A DNA stretch of 52,846 nt from NCBI RefSeq assembly GCF_001194135.2, contig NC_068997.1:43967379-44020224 (forward strand). The letters run 5' to 3'. Shown here one piece after another: positions 1 through 12,464 of this stretch (position 1 is its first letter; each line of letters starts with the position of its first letter). A program made the position numbers and the translations under genes. The DNA comes from Octopus bimaculoides (Eukaryota). The notes beneath the pieces were generated by a model that searched no databases, was not told the origin of the DNA, and worked only from the letters and a program-made list of their open reading frames with translations.

Positions 1-965
1 TAAGGTTTGTTTTCCATTCTGGGATGGGTTGGATGGTTTGACTGAGGTCTGGAGAGCCAGTGGCTGCACCAGGTTCCATTTTGATTTGGCAGAGTTTCTA
101 CAGCTGGATGCCCTTCCTAACGCCAACCACTCCGAGAGTGTAGTGGGTGCTTTTTATGTGCCACTGGCATGAAAACCAGTCAGGCGGGCCTGGCATCGAT
201 CACGTTTGGATAGTGCTTTTCACATGCCACCGGCACAGGGGCCAGTCAGCATGTACTGGCATCGATCATGTTCGGATGGTGCTTTTTACATGCTACAGGC
301 ACAGGAGCCGGTCAGGAGGTACTGGCATCAACCACGTTTGGATGGTGCTTTTTACATACCATCGGCATGGGAGCCAGTCAGGCAGACCTGGCATCAACCA
401 TGTTTGGGGCACTGGCCACTGCTATGATATTGATTTTACTTGACTCAACAGGTCTTCTCAAGAATATCATATCGCCCAATGTATCAGGGGTGCTTTTAAC
501 GGGGCCGGACATGCATGGCTGGGATTTCACTTTAGTTTCTGGGTCTTCTCAATCACAGTATATCTCCAATCGTGTCAGTCTCCTGTCACTGCCTCTCTGA
601 GGCCCAACGTTTGAAGGTCATGCTTCACCACCTCATCCTATGTCTTCCTGGGTGTACCTGTTCCACAGTTAGGGGTGGCACTTCCTCACACAACTCTCCT
701 CATCCATATGTAACACATGACCATGCTGGTGCAGTCGTGTCTCTTGCATACCATATTTGATGCTTCTTATGCCCTACTTTTTTCTCAGGGTGCTTACACT
801 CTGTCGTGTATGCACACTGACATTACACATCCAGCGGATCATACTGGTTTCATTTCTTTCAAGCCTATGCATATTCTCAGCAGTCATGGCCCATGTTTCA
901 CTGCCCTGTAGCATGGCAGCTCACACACGTGCATCATAAGTCTACCTTTCATCCTGAGCGTGAGG
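1..965 (-). mobile_element. 5'-truncated RTE-clade LINE (ORF C-terminal part and 3' UTR), degenerate
   Basis: Minus-strand translation gives KGRL..AML.GSETWAMTAENMHRLERNETSMIRWMCNV...GHVLHMDEESCVRK...EVVKHDLQTLGL, with stops. The 3' UTR has the RTE-tail motif ggttggcgttaggaagggcatccagc at about 99-130. Confidence 0.85.
147..410. repeat. About 4 tandem copies of a 66-bp unit inside the RTE 3' UTR
   Basis: Unit of the form gtgctttttacatgccaccggcacaggagccagtcagg...ctggcatcgaccacgtttggatg. It explains the 22-aa periodic ORFs at 147-443 and 206-427. Confidence 0.85.
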
Positions 966-974
966 TATATATAT

Positions 975-1005
<31 letters not shown>

Positions 1006-1069
1006 NNNNNNNNNNACACACACACACACATGTATACACACATACATGTGTATGAATGTGTGTGTGTGT

Positions 1070-1290
1070 GTGTTTCTTTGTCTTGACATTGTGTGATTAT
1101 TGTAAATGAATGTCATTCATTTCCATTATTCTGCAAAAACATGTCTGGCTGTGAGGAGATATTACTCTACTTGCATGGAAACACATAAAGGCTGGCAGCA
1201 AGAAGCACATTTATCCTTAGAAACTCTGCCTTAATAAATTCTATCTGACCCATGAATGTATAGGAAAGTGGGTTATACATCATTAGATGT
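1070..1290 (+). mobile_element. Degenerate SINE body with an RTE-like tail
   Basis: (TG)n followed by cttgacattgtgtgat...gagatattac...aaggctggcagcaagaagcacat...tagaaactctgcc, matching the reverse complement of the 11460-11860 element. Confidence 0.4.
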
Positions 1291-1621
1291 ATACCTGACT
1301 TTCCTATATAATATTAAGAATATAACGGAACGCTGAACTCCAGACTATCAACATAACTATTATTTATTTAAGGTGGTTAATATATACATCTTTAGCTCTT
1401 GTTTGTTTTTACAGCTTCTGTGTGTGTGAGCATGGTTGTTGGGACGTTGGTATGTAGATGTAAGCGAGCTGTCGAGCGTAAGTTCGAAAGATGGAGAGAG
1501 ACAGCTAAACACGTCCTTGCTCAATCGCTGACCAGCAAGAAAGAGACAGAATGAAGCGGGAAAGCTTGGTTGTTGAATTCCACGCATGCGTGAGACTACT
1601 CATGCGCACAGCGTTACTACA
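1288..1621 (-). mobile_element. Possible solo LTR or young insertion
   Basis: Locally CpG-rich. The minus strand starts TGTAGTA, contains AATAAA and may end TATACA. No TSD found. Confidence 0.3.
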
Positions 1622-1899
1622 AATGCATGGAAAAGTAAATGTTAAATGACAATGATGATGGCACTAGTGATGACAACGACCATGTAATACAGTTGGCCAG
1701 GTCTTTGATACAGTGGTTGGGAATGAGAACTGAAGGCAAACCTAATGCTTTATAGTTGCTAATAACATGGTTAGAGATAGAAAGAAAAATAGGGGCAACT
1801 GGAAGAGACAGAAAAGCCTTTGGGTGTAGATCTATTGATGACAGCATGATGGTTAGAGTTGAATTTGAAAGCAGTGGAGTTTGAGAGAAGTAATTTCAG

Positions 1900-2575
1900 G
1901 AATTACTGCATATTTTGGCAACAGGGTTATTCAAGCAAACAAAAAAATGATATGCTAGAAATAGCAATCATATTTCCTGCAAACCACACTGTCATCTTTA
2001 AGAAGGAAGGATGCGAAGTATAAATTATTCTTAGATATGTATTTTGGCAACAATGAGTTATCTGAGCAAAGGAAGAAGTGATTTGTTTGAAATAGAAATA
2101 GCAATCAAATCTCCATCAAATCACACTGTATTATCTTAAAGGAAAAAGGACATGTTGGATAATGTAGTCTTAGATACAAATAATTACTTGAACAGAGGAA
2201 GAAGCGATTTACTTGAAATAGCAGTCAAATCTCTCTCAAATCATACCATATTATCTTCAAGAAGGAAGGAAACATTGGATAATGTAGGCTTAGATACATA
2301 TTTTGGTAACAAATAGTTATTTGAGTAAAGGAAGTGATTTTGTTTTTCTAGAAATAGCAATCAAATCTCCCTCAAATCACACCATATATTTCAGAAAGGA
2401 CTCATTAAATAATGTAATCTTAGGTACATTATGTCCAAAACCTGTGGGTTACATTTCTGTTCAAGACAATAGAGAAGTCTCTGTGGGGTCTCTGAGTTTA
2501 CTGGAAATAAGAAAAATTTCCTTCAAATCCCACTTTACCATCTTAAAACAATGAAGAACACATTGGTTAATGTAA
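1900..2575 (+). repeat. Degenerate tandem array of a 120-137 bp unit (gaaatagcaatcaaatctccctcaaatcacacc...)
   Basis: gaaatagca recurs at about 1958, 2095, 2215 and 2351, with a partial unit near 2520. Confidence 0.7.
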
Positions 2576-2663
2576 TCCCCAATGCACTTATCCTGAAAAA
2601 AAAATGGTCATAACTGGAATGTGTTTGATCACAGGTCTGCCTGATCTTTGATGGTCCAGAGCT

Positions 2664-2865
2664 AAACAACAACAACAACAACAACAACAAAGAATTACTT
2701 TCTCTGCATGAAATGTAAGTTGTAAAATGTATGATTTTGTTGCTTTTGTGGTGGTGGTCATGGCGGTGGTGGTGGTTATGATGGTGATGGCAATCATGAT
2801 AGTGGTGGTGGTGGTGGTGGTGGTGGTGGTGGTTGCAGTAGTGGCAGCAGTGGTGGAAGTTCTAT
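2664..2865. repeat. (CAA)n and (GGT)n microsatellites
   Basis: Directly visible; source of the poly-Thr/poly-Cys ORF 2588-2884. Confidence 0.9.
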
Positions 2866-2967
2866 TTTGTCTTTGATTTAACATGTCTATAAGATCGCAT
2901 TTAACCTGTTTATAAGATCTGACATGTCCATAAGAGGTACATGTGTGTGATCTGAAGATAATTTTCC

Positions 2968-3357
2968 TCTATCCATCTGTCTTCTCCACCGATTATTCTT
3001 AAGAGGATCATGGTAGTAGAGTACTTATGCACATCCTTTATTGGCTCCCATCAAAAGCAGCCATCATTACACTTTCCAGCTGAATTCCCAACTGAGACTC
3101 TAGATATTATCCAACCATCTCATTCTTGGTCTCCCCTAGGTCTCCTGCCTCTTGGCTCAGCTTGAAGAATCAGTCCCGCAATTCTTTCCTGTGACATTCT
3201 AATCACATGTCCATTGTACTGAAGACATGGCCTCTCAATGCAGAGAAGTAATGGCTTGACCTAGAAAGACTCCCTGATCACTGAGCTACATACCCTGTAG
3301 AGTAACATTACTCCAGTGATCCTCCGGAGGAATCCCATTTCAGCCACTGGTATTCAT
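2968..3357 (-). mobile_element. Rex3/Expander-like (RTE clade) LINE 3' fragment
   Basis: Translation AEMGFLRRITGV...IRES..VKPLLLCIER...GHVIRMSQER...GRRPRGRPR.RWLDNI, followed by a ggagaagacagatggat tail. Confidence 0.7.
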
Positions 3358-4337
3358 GATTGTACTTTTTTGCTCATTATTTAACATTCATGACCATAGA
3401 TGAGAACAGGCATGAAAACTGAATTGAAGAGAGTGAATTTGGCTTTTTTACCAAACTCTTTTCTGAGAATTGAATGCTGGAGCTGTGCATTACTATGCCA
3501 CTGTCTGCAATTCTGGCACTTAATTCAGCCTCCTGCATCTCATCATCTGAATACATCCCCAAGGTATTTAAACTTTTCTCTTTGTCTAAATTGCTAATAT
3601 AAATTATTAAATAAAAATGTAAATAATTTCTAATTCATAAGAGAAGAAATAATACCCATTAATGGCATGGAATTCTGAGTGTAATTCAGTAAATGGCCAA
3701 CGTTTGATGTTTGGTGGGCCAAATATCTGATGCCTTCCTACTTTAATTTGGTGGAGCAGGATGAAGCACTACCCTTTTCTTTTAGAGTCTCTCCTAAACA
3801 GGTGAGGTTAATGCAGATTATATCCATGTAGAATGTCAGTAAGTCAGTTTATGCTGACAAGAAGGGAATGCCAGAAGTTTACAATTATAGGGAAGAATCA
3901 ATGGTAAAATGCTTTCATGGAGGTGGGATATGGAAAGTAAAACTCAGTAGAAGTGATAAGAGGAGGAGAAGATGGATTCCTTGAATGGTTCTTGCTGGAG
4001 CGAGTATTCAATATTTTATTCAAAGGTGTAGCTGTAGCAGAGAAAGGAAAGCAGATGCCTGTCAGCCAGATGTTGTCATTTATCTCTAAGTCAGTCTTCA
4101 ATGAGCAAAGTTTTGATCAAAAGTTTTCCGGCCGGAATGATCGTATTTTTTAGGAGTATTTAGGAATATATTACATAATAAGGCCTTTCCTTTTTTATGA
4201 GATGGTAAGGTGTGATGGGAGAGAGATTTAGCAATTATATAGCAGCTACCCCATAGTTAGTGAGTTAGATGCTGTAATGCATAAGTGATTGTACTTTTGT
4301 CATTTATTCAAAGAACAGTAATCTCAGGAAATGATCA

Positions 4338-4700
4338 TGGTTGTTTAGTTAAGAAGCTTACTTTGTAATTCCATAGTTTTAGGTTCAGTCCTACAGTGCG
4401 ACACCTTGGGCAAGTGTCTTCTGCTATAACCCCAGGCTGACTGAAACCTTGAGCAGAAGCCACACATATATGTATATGTACGTGTGCTCGCGTGTGTGTA
4501 TGTGTGTGTACCATTTCACTACTTGACAACTGATGATAGTTTGTTTATGTCCCCACTTGGCAAAAGAGATCCATAGAACAAGTATCAGACTGTAACAAAA
4601 GTAAGTCTTGAAGTTGATTTGTTCAGCTGGGCCCTTCAAGGTGGTGCCCCCTGCATAGCTGCAGTCTACTGTCTGAAACAAAATAAGGGTAAATAAAAGC
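4338..4700 (+). mobile_element. tRNA-derived CORE-type SINE, degenerate
   Basis: B-box-like ggttcagtcc, core accttgggcaagtgtcttc, internal (TG)n, and tail ...ctgaaacaaaataag. Confidence 0.7.
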
Positions 4701-5281
4701 TGTTTATAAAGGCTATGTCATATATAACAACATGAGGTGGATGGATGGGTGCGAATTTATAACAGAAAAACATAAATACTGGTGTGAACTGAAGAACAAT
4801 AAATAGATTTTATGGGTTGTTGGTCGCTGCTGATCTTGTTTGGTTCTAGATTAGTTTTGACTGAGCAGGCCTATGGTCAAAAATGTTTTAGCCATAACCA
4901 TCCTATATTTTATTGTTCAGAAATAGTGTATCTAAGACTACATTATTCAGTGAATCTCTCCTTTCATAAGACAGTAGAGAGGAAGAAATTTAGCTTCTAT
5001 TTCTAACTAGTCTAGCAACCACATAGAGGTTCCGCTACTTCATGTAATATGCTGTTATAAGCAATGACAGGCACTCTGAAATTGATTAACTTTCTATTGA
5101 CTTGAAGTTTTGAGTTCAATCCTTCTCACAAGGAAAACAACTTATGATATACTATTGTGCCATTGATTTTTTTTCTTTTCTTTTCTTTTTTTTTGTCTGT
5201 TTTTCACTCCTGTTGGTATTTCCTTCGGTTTGAGATTTGTATTTTAATGTGGTTTTGTATCATTTGCATACATGTTTATTG

Positions 5282-5537
5282 AAAATATTCTATAATTATA
5301 TACATAATTATAATCAGGGTCAGCTAATTGCTTCGCCACGTACCGAAATTAGAAATAGACGCTAATATCAATTCAAACCACCATAAGTATCTCCGAGACA
5401 ATAGCACACTTTCTTTTCTTTTTTGTTTTACTTATGGCAGTTTGAATTGATATTAGCGTCTATTTCTAATTTCAGTATGTGGCGAAGCAATTAGCTGACC
5501 CCTGATTATAATTTTGTATATAATCATAGAATATTTT
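5282..5537. mobile_element. Hairpin MITE-like element with about 106-bp inverted arms and a 40-bp spacer
   Basis: 5282-5389 is the near-perfect reverse complement of 5429-5537. Confidence 0.8.
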
Positions 5538-5664
5538 ATATAATTCACCTAAAAAGGTTATTTTTAACCTACTGACTACTTGGTAGAATTATAATTAATT
5601 AATCAATTAATTAATTAATTAATCTTACCCTATATCATTATCCATGTTTATATATTTCTTTCTT

Positions 5665-6066
5665 TCTTCCTTTCTTTTACTTGTTTCAGTCATTTGACTG
5701 CGACCATGCTGGAGCACCGCCTTTAGTCGAGCAAATCGACCCCAGGACTTATTCTTTGGAAGCCTAGTACTTATTCTATCGGTCTCTTTTTGCTGAACCG
5801 CTAGGTTACAGTGACGTGAACACACCACCATCGGTTGTCAAGCGATGTTGGGGAGACAAACACAGACACACAAACATACACACACACATATACATATATA
5901 CATATATACGACGGGCTTCTTTCAGTTTCCGTCTACCAAATCCACTCACAAGGCTTTGGTCGGCCCGAGGCTATAGTAGAAGACACTTGCCCAAGGTGCC
6001 ACGCAGTGGGACTGAACCCGGAACCATGTGGTTGGTAAGCAAGCTACTTACCACACAGCCACTCCT
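5665..6066 (-). mobile_element. Young full-length tRNA-derived CORE-type SINE (similar to the octopus OR family)
   Basis: Head aggagtggctgtgtggtaag (A box) ... ggttccgggttcagtccc (B box), core gcaccttgggcaagtgtcttc, internal (TA/TG)n and a gaaacaagtaaaaga tail. CpGs are largely intact. Confidence 0.9.
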
Positions 6067-8559
6067 CAATAAATATGGTTATGTAGTAAGAAATTAAAAG
6101 AAAAATAATGGTACCTTCTAAGTGGAGATTTATTTTTTATTAGCTGAATATCTCAGAAAGCAGGTTCGAGCAGAGGTTTCTCATTGTGATTGAAAAAAAT
6201 AAAATGCGAATTGGACAAGGGCAATAACTTGTACATATCCTGAATCAGACTTAAATGTAAGGGAAATAACTCCCATCCGCACCCATCGAACCATTTTCTT
6301 GAATTCCTCGTATGAATTAGTAGCGGAGTCGTAAATTCTTAGNNNNNNNNNNNNNNNNNNNNNNNNNNNNNNNNNNNNNNNNNNNNNNNNNNNNNNNNNN
6401 NNNNNNNNNNNNNNNNNNNNNNNNNNNNNNNNNNNNNNNNNNGACTTGCTTTCTATTTTTTTGTGTCTCTCTATAATTATTTCTTATATTTTTGATACAT
6501 ATATTTTTAATATTTGTACTGATAGGACATGCTGATGGGCGGCACTGATAGGCTTCCATATTGTGTCTATGCATAAGTTTTTCACCTTTTTACCTGGATT
6601 CTATATTTTTAAATATTTATATTATTATATTTTTTAATTATTTTTAATGTTTTTTACATAGTTATAGGGTTAATGGTGTTTGTATTTTTCCACATATAGT
6701 TTTCTGTTTTCTCCCCTCCAAACTTTTTTCCGTACACTTATAGACACGTACAAGGAACTTTATGTGCACGTGCTTGCGAGTGTGCATGTGGATGCATGCG
6801 TATGTAGATATATGCATGTGTATATTGAGATATGTGCATGCGTGTATGGATATATGCGTGCATGCGATAATATACAGTTTTAGACGCGTTTTGTCATTAC
6901 ACAGTAATTTCCCTTTGTTTTTAACGGTCATTTTTCACAGGAAAAATTTAAGTACTGTTCATCACTTGCACTTACTTTTCCTCAAATTTGTATGAGAGTA
7001 CGACTTCCCTCTCTACCTTTCTACTTCAAGTGGTACTTGAAAAGTTGATGAGTGCTTGGTAGAAGAAATAGAGTCCTGGCCTCAACTATTTTAAACATAG
7101 CCACTGCAGTCTTTTTGCACCATAGCCACCAAAGAGAAGAAAAACCATCTGCTCTTGCTTGTAAAAGATGCCTGTTTGGTGTCTTGTTGGGAAATTTGGC
7201 CAACAGCTGGATTTACCCAATATACACTAACAGCTGTTCAATATAATACCACCTGTCAGCAATGCTAGAACACTAAGTAAATGCATAAAGAAAAGCTCTA
7301 TTGCTCTTCATGTATCTTAGGCTCAACTGATGGCATTGTCTGCACTGGTAAAAATCTGAATGGCCCTATTGTTTTTATAGATACTAAGATTTCGAAGTCC
7401 ATTTCAAATGCTAATTATATTATTTGTAAGTTGCTCATGCTCTCATGAGCTCCCTATATTGCTTTACAAAATCATGATCAGCAATTAGCCCGTGTCTTCA
7501 CTCATTCCTCTTTCTTTACTATATTTTGACTTAAGCCTCTCATGTTTTAGTTCCATAAATTGAGTCATCATGCTAAGAGTTGGTATATACTGAATTTGCA
7601 ATGACTTTTTCACCTTGCTCTCCATTTTTAGCAGCAGCCTAGTGTTTTAAAACCTTGGCCCTGCGCCCTGTCTGACAAAATGTCTTGTCAAACAAGACTT
7701 TTGCAAAAACTGTCTTTCCCTCTAATTCAAGAATCAGAAGTATATAACTACATTCCTCTGCTTCACCTTGACAAACTCCTCACGTAACAAGACATTATTC
7801 TTTTATAGTGCCTCACCCATTGTTCCTTCTCAGAAATTTTTACCAAGTCCTGCTCTTTCCACTTACTACTGCTGTTGGCCAAAGGTGTTTTGTTCATGCC
7901 TTTATTTCTGTCAATCTTAGCCTAAGCAACAGCCATGTCTGCATTAATACCAGACATATTTATATTATTGTCACATTAATAGCTCTCTTTTAACAGATTC
8001 TATAATATTTAGTTTTTAAATTTCTTTCCAAGTCTGTTTTTGAGGCAAGGGGCATATTTCTCAGCCTCCCCTATATTTAGAGAAATGATATCACTTGATA
8101 GTGAAGTTTGCTCCAAGCGATGCTTTTAAGGTGGCAGCAATTTTGGATTTGTTGTATAAGCCTGTATAAGCTGTATTGCACCAGGCAGCACACACTTTAG
8201 CTATGCCACTGATATCCCTATCTGAGAACCTCTTGCAGCCACCACTTTCACTGATGTCATGGTTTGCTTTAGATTCTTAAAAAATTATTTTAAAAATTTC
8301 TCATACACACATGAGAGAAAAGCAAAAACAAAAAGTAGACGACTCTAAATACCACCTGAACCACTCAAACAAAACCTGCTACTTCGGACAATGAGAAAAT
8401 ATCCTCAAATTCTAAGTTGAAATGCAAATTCTGCAGCATCTATCTTATTTGATGTAAGTTATTATGAATGAAATATTGGTCACAGTGTAATGACTGAAAC
8501 AAGTAAAAGATAAAAAGTGAAAGCTATAATAAGTTGTTGTTTTTTTTTAAACATGGAAT

Positions 8560-8631
8560 CGCTATGAGGGTCCACCTGAGTAAAATAGGGATCAAAGGGT
8601 ACTATACATAAAAAATGGTTGGGAACCACTG
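8560..8631. mobile_element. Right end of a hAT-Charlie/Buster-type MITE
   Basis: ...ggttgggaaccactg followed by atcTAgat. The internal sequence matches the 3' part of the 14514-14755 element. Confidence 0.5.
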
Positions 8632-9987
8632 ATCTAGATTAATGGATTTATGGATTACACCTAGTAAATTTAACTGATTACCTTCACATCACAGAAGTCA
8701 ACTTAGTCAAATCTGATCTGGAACTAAACAAATTTAAGCAACAATTACAATTTGAGGACATTTTTAAGTACTTCATGAGAACGGGAAAAAAAAAGAAAAG
8801 ACAAAAATACAATAAAATGAAGACAACAAAAGGTATTTCATATGTTATTTATGGCTACAATGATGAATTGTATGAATTTATTCATTATTTTTTTTTCCAC
8901 GCAATATCAATACTTAATAATAACCCATATTTGTTTCATGTTTAACAATATTCCAAGTGCTTTGTCAGATCAATAATACAACAATCAGAAACAGTGTGCA
9001 TNNNNNNNNNNNNNNNNNNNNNNNNNNNNNNNNNNNNNNNNNNNNNNNNNNNNNNNNNNNNNNNNNNNNNNNNNNNNNNNNNNNNNNNNNNNNNNNNNNN
9101 NNNNNNNNNNNNNNNNNNNNNNNNNNNNNNNNNNNNNNNNNNNNNNNNNNNNNNNNNNNNNNNNNNNNNNNNNNNNNNNNNNNNNNNNNNNNNNNNNNNN
9201 NNNNNNNNNNNNNNNNNNNNNNNNNNNNNNNNNNNNNNNNNNNNNNNNNNNNNNNNNNNNNNNNNNNNNNNNNNNNNNNNNNNNNNNNNNNNNNNNNNNN
9301 NNNNNNNNNNNNNNNNNNNNNNNNNNNNNNNNNNNNNNNNNNNNNNNNNNNNNNNNNNNNNNNNNNNNNNNNNNNNNNNNNNNNNNNNNNNNNNNNNNNN
9401 NNNNNNNNNNNNNNNNNNNNNNNNNNNNNNNNNNNNNNNNNNNNNNNNNNNNNNNNNNNNNNNNNNNNNNNNNNNNNNNNNNNNNNNNNNNNNNNNNNNN
9501 NNNNNNNNNNNNNNNNNNNNNNNNNNNNNNNNNNNNNNNNNNNNNNNNNNNNNNNNNNNNNNNNNNNNNNNNNNNNNNNNNNNNNNNNNNNNNNNNNNNN
9601 NNNNNNNNNNNNNNNNNNNNNNNNNNNNNNNNNNNNNNNNNNNNNNNNNNNNNNNNNNNNNNNNNNNNNNNNNNNNNNNNNNNNNNNNNNNNNNNNNNNN
9701 NNNNNNNNNNNNNNNNNNNNNNNNNNNNNNNNNNNNNNNNNNNNNNNNNNNNNNNNNNNNNNNNNNNNNNNNNNNNNNNNNNNNNNNNNNNNNNNNNNNN
9801 NNNNNNNNNNNNNNNNNNNNNNNNNNNNNNNNNNNNNNNNNNNNNNNNNNNNNNNNNNNNNNNNNNNNNNNNNNNNNNNNNNNNNNNNNNNNNNNNNNNN
9901 NNNNNNNNNNNNNNNNNNNNNNNNNNNNNNNNNNNNNNNNNNNNNNNNNNNNNNNNNNNNNNNNNNNNNNNNNNNNNNNNNNNNNNN

Positions 9988-10097
9988 CCCCACAAAAGGA
10001 TGAGAGGCAAAGTCAACCTTGGCAGAATTTGAACTCAGAACATAGTGACAGATAAAATACTGCTTAGCATTTTGCCCGACGTGCTAACAATTCTGCC
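9988..10097 (-). mobile_element. Meta-domain SINE, partial, CpG-decayed
   Basis: aaaaggatgagaggcaaagtcaaccttggcagaatttgaactcagaa matches the reverse complement of the 35113 copy. Confidence 0.75.
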
Positions 10098-10239
10098 AAA
10101 TAATAATAATAATAATAATAATAATAATTGTTTCAGATTTTAGAAGGTTGCTGCTGTTGTTTAGCCATTGGTCTTCTTAGATCAAGCAGACCTTTGATCA
10201 AAGACATTGGAGCTGTGACCATGGGCCATATTCTTTTCT

Positions 10240-10447
10240 ACTCTAGGCACAAAGCCCAAGCCCCAAATTTTCTTATGGGGAGGTGGCCAGTCGATTAGAT
10301 TGCCCCCAGTATGTAACTGGTACTTAATTTATTGATCCCAAAAGGATGAAAGACAAAGCCGACCTCAGTTGAACCCAGAATCTAAAGACAAACGAAATAC
10401 CAAGCATTTCACCCAGTGTGCTAATGTTTCTGCCAGCTCACCGCTTT
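10240..10447 (-). mobile_element. Meta-domain SINE, CpG-decayed
   Basis: ctggtacttaatttattgatcccaaaaggatgaaagacaaagccgacctc...gccagctcaccgc. Confidence 0.75.
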
Positions 10448-10560
10448 GTGACCATGGACTATATTATCTTATGCATTGTACTCTAGTGATGTAAACTATA
10501 AAGGTGTGATTGGAGGGAGATTTGGTTGCTATTCAGAGTGGACTGAGCAACCATATAAAA

Positions 10561-10954
10561 CAGTGGTTCGTAACTTTTCTTTTTGTAGCATCCCCTTTTA
10601 AGCAGTTGTTCTGCCTAGCACCCACTTAAGTGGCGAGTGAGGTATCACGACTAAACTATCTCAACATGGATGATAATTTATAAGTTTTACTCAAAAGAAA
10701 AATGGTTTGTTTAAGCTTTTAACAGTGAAGTGATAAAAAATTTACTTTATACATTGCAAGTTAATGACTTCCCTGTGCCTGATGAGATCTCATTTTATTT
10801 TAATAATAATCATTACTAGTTTTATCATATATGATATAATTTCTACTGTAGGTAAAATCTAGTAGCTTGATTATGTTACTTCATCCCCATCTCCAAAGCC
10901 TAATGCTTTCTTCAACATGCCTTGGGGTGATACCGCCCACATTGAGAACCTCTG
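10561..10954. mobile_element. Non-autonomous hAT-Charlie/Buster element
   Basis: Ends cagtggttcgtaac ... ttgagaacctctg. 8-bp TSD atataaaa / atatagaa (7/8 match, central TA). Confidence 0.7.
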
Positions 10955-11459
10955 ATATAGAAGGTTCCACATTGGTAGGTATAACAAGGTTGTGGAGTGC
11001 ACACTAAACAGTAGTAATATCAGCAGCAGTTACAGTATTATAAATAATTGCCGAGTGTTTACAGAGTCTAAACTTTTGAAATCAATTCCTTGTCATGTAG
11101 GTGGAGAAGGAAATGAGGAAAAAATAAAAGCGGCTAGGTTTCTTTTTTTTTTTTTTTACCCCTCCCACCCCTTGAATCCAATCAGCTTTTCAGTGATACA
11201 GGTAGACTCTTTTAACCGCTGACAAATTAAAGGGAGATAAACACGAGGAAACAAAAATAACTGAAAATTTCTCAGTTTACTGTTTCACTTATGTACGTCT
11301 CCATATTTGTTTGTATCTCTATACATATATCCACAAACTACAGGTTAAATTTAGAGAGTTTAAGTCAGCACATACTTATGGGTCGAAGACTAAAGTATGA
11401 ATGAATTCCAATTTTATTGCGTCAGCAATGCGTTACAAGTATTTGCCAAATCTCAACAT

Positions 11460-11860
11460 GTATTTGAATGTATCATTATCATTTTAATGTCCACTTTTCC
11501 AGGCTTGGGTCGAACAATTTGTTGACATGGGTTTTCTACAGCTAGATGCCCTTCCTGTTGCCAACTGTTACCTGATTCTAACTAAGGTAATATTTCCCCA
11601 AAACCAGACACGTTTCTCACAGACAAATGGAAACAAACGAAACCATTTTCATGACGGTGACACTCACATACAACTATCATGTGATGTCAAGGCAAGGGAA
11701 TACTAACACACACATAATGGACTTCTTTCAGCTTCCATCTACCAAATCCACTCACTTTGGTCGGCCTGGGGCTATAATAGAAGTCACTTGCTCACAGTGA
11801 GTCTGAACCTGGAATCATGTGGTTGGGAAACAAACTTCTTAGCACACAGCAACATCTGCA
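11460..11860 (-). mobile_element. SINE with a CORE-type head and an RTE-LINE-like tail
   Basis: Head and core at 11705-11860 resemble the 5665 SINE. The 3' part carries gttggcaacaggaagggcatctagctgtagaaa and an (ATG)n-like end. Confidence 0.7.
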
Positions 11861-11879
11861 TGTATCACTAACACATACT

Positions 11880-12298
11880 CTTTACTCTTTTATTTGTTTC
11901 GGTCATGTGACTGCGGCCATGCTGGAGCACCACCTTTTTTAGTCGAGCAAATCGACCCCAGGACTTATTCTTTGGAAGCCTAGTACTTATTCTATCAGTC
12001 TCTTTTGCTGAACCGCTAATGTTATAGGGACGTAAACACACCACCATCGGTTGTCAAGCGATGCTGGGGGGACAAACACAGACACACAAACATACACACA
12101 CACACACATACATACATATATATATACATATATACAACGGGCTTCTTTCAGTTTCCGTCTACCAAATCCACTCACAAGGCTTTGGTTGGCCCGAGGCTAT
12201 AGTAGAAGACACCTGCTCAAGGTGCCACACAGTGGGAATGAACCTGAAACCATGTGGTTGGTAAGCAAGCTACTTACCACACAGCCACTCCTGCGCCT
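11880..12298 (-). mobile_element. Young full-length CORE-type SINE
   Basis: Nearly collinear with 5665-6066; 5' end aggcgcaggagtggctgtgtgg. Confidence 0.9.
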
Positions 12299-12433
12299 AT
12301 ATATCTATGTCCATGCATTATAATACTTGCGTAAACATTCTTACAAGTCTCTCGCTCTCTCTCTTTCCTTCTTTCCATGTTTCATATGCAGACACATTCG
12401 TAAATAGAACTCTATGTGGTTAGAATGGGATAG

Positions 12434-12464
<31 letters not shown>

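Noticed and set aside
147-443. 22-aa periodic His/Cys ORF, and a CRISPR-like look
   Set aside because: Contiguous 66-bp tandem units without unique spacers, in a LINE UTR in eukaryotic DNA.
6000-6066. tRNA-like A/B boxes
   Set aside because: These are SINE heads fused to core and tail; no complete cloverleaf.
5816-6097. Recurring ORFs such as GLLSVSVYQIHSQG...EDTCPRCH (also 12051-12323, 40181-40399, 48566-48943)
   Set aside because: Antisense translations of SINE copies, not a gene family.
8957-10055. Long ORFs across N gaps (also 16126-16883, 19932-20302, 27985-28721, 34425-34922, 45532-46668)
   Set aside because: They are open only because Ns contain no stop codons.
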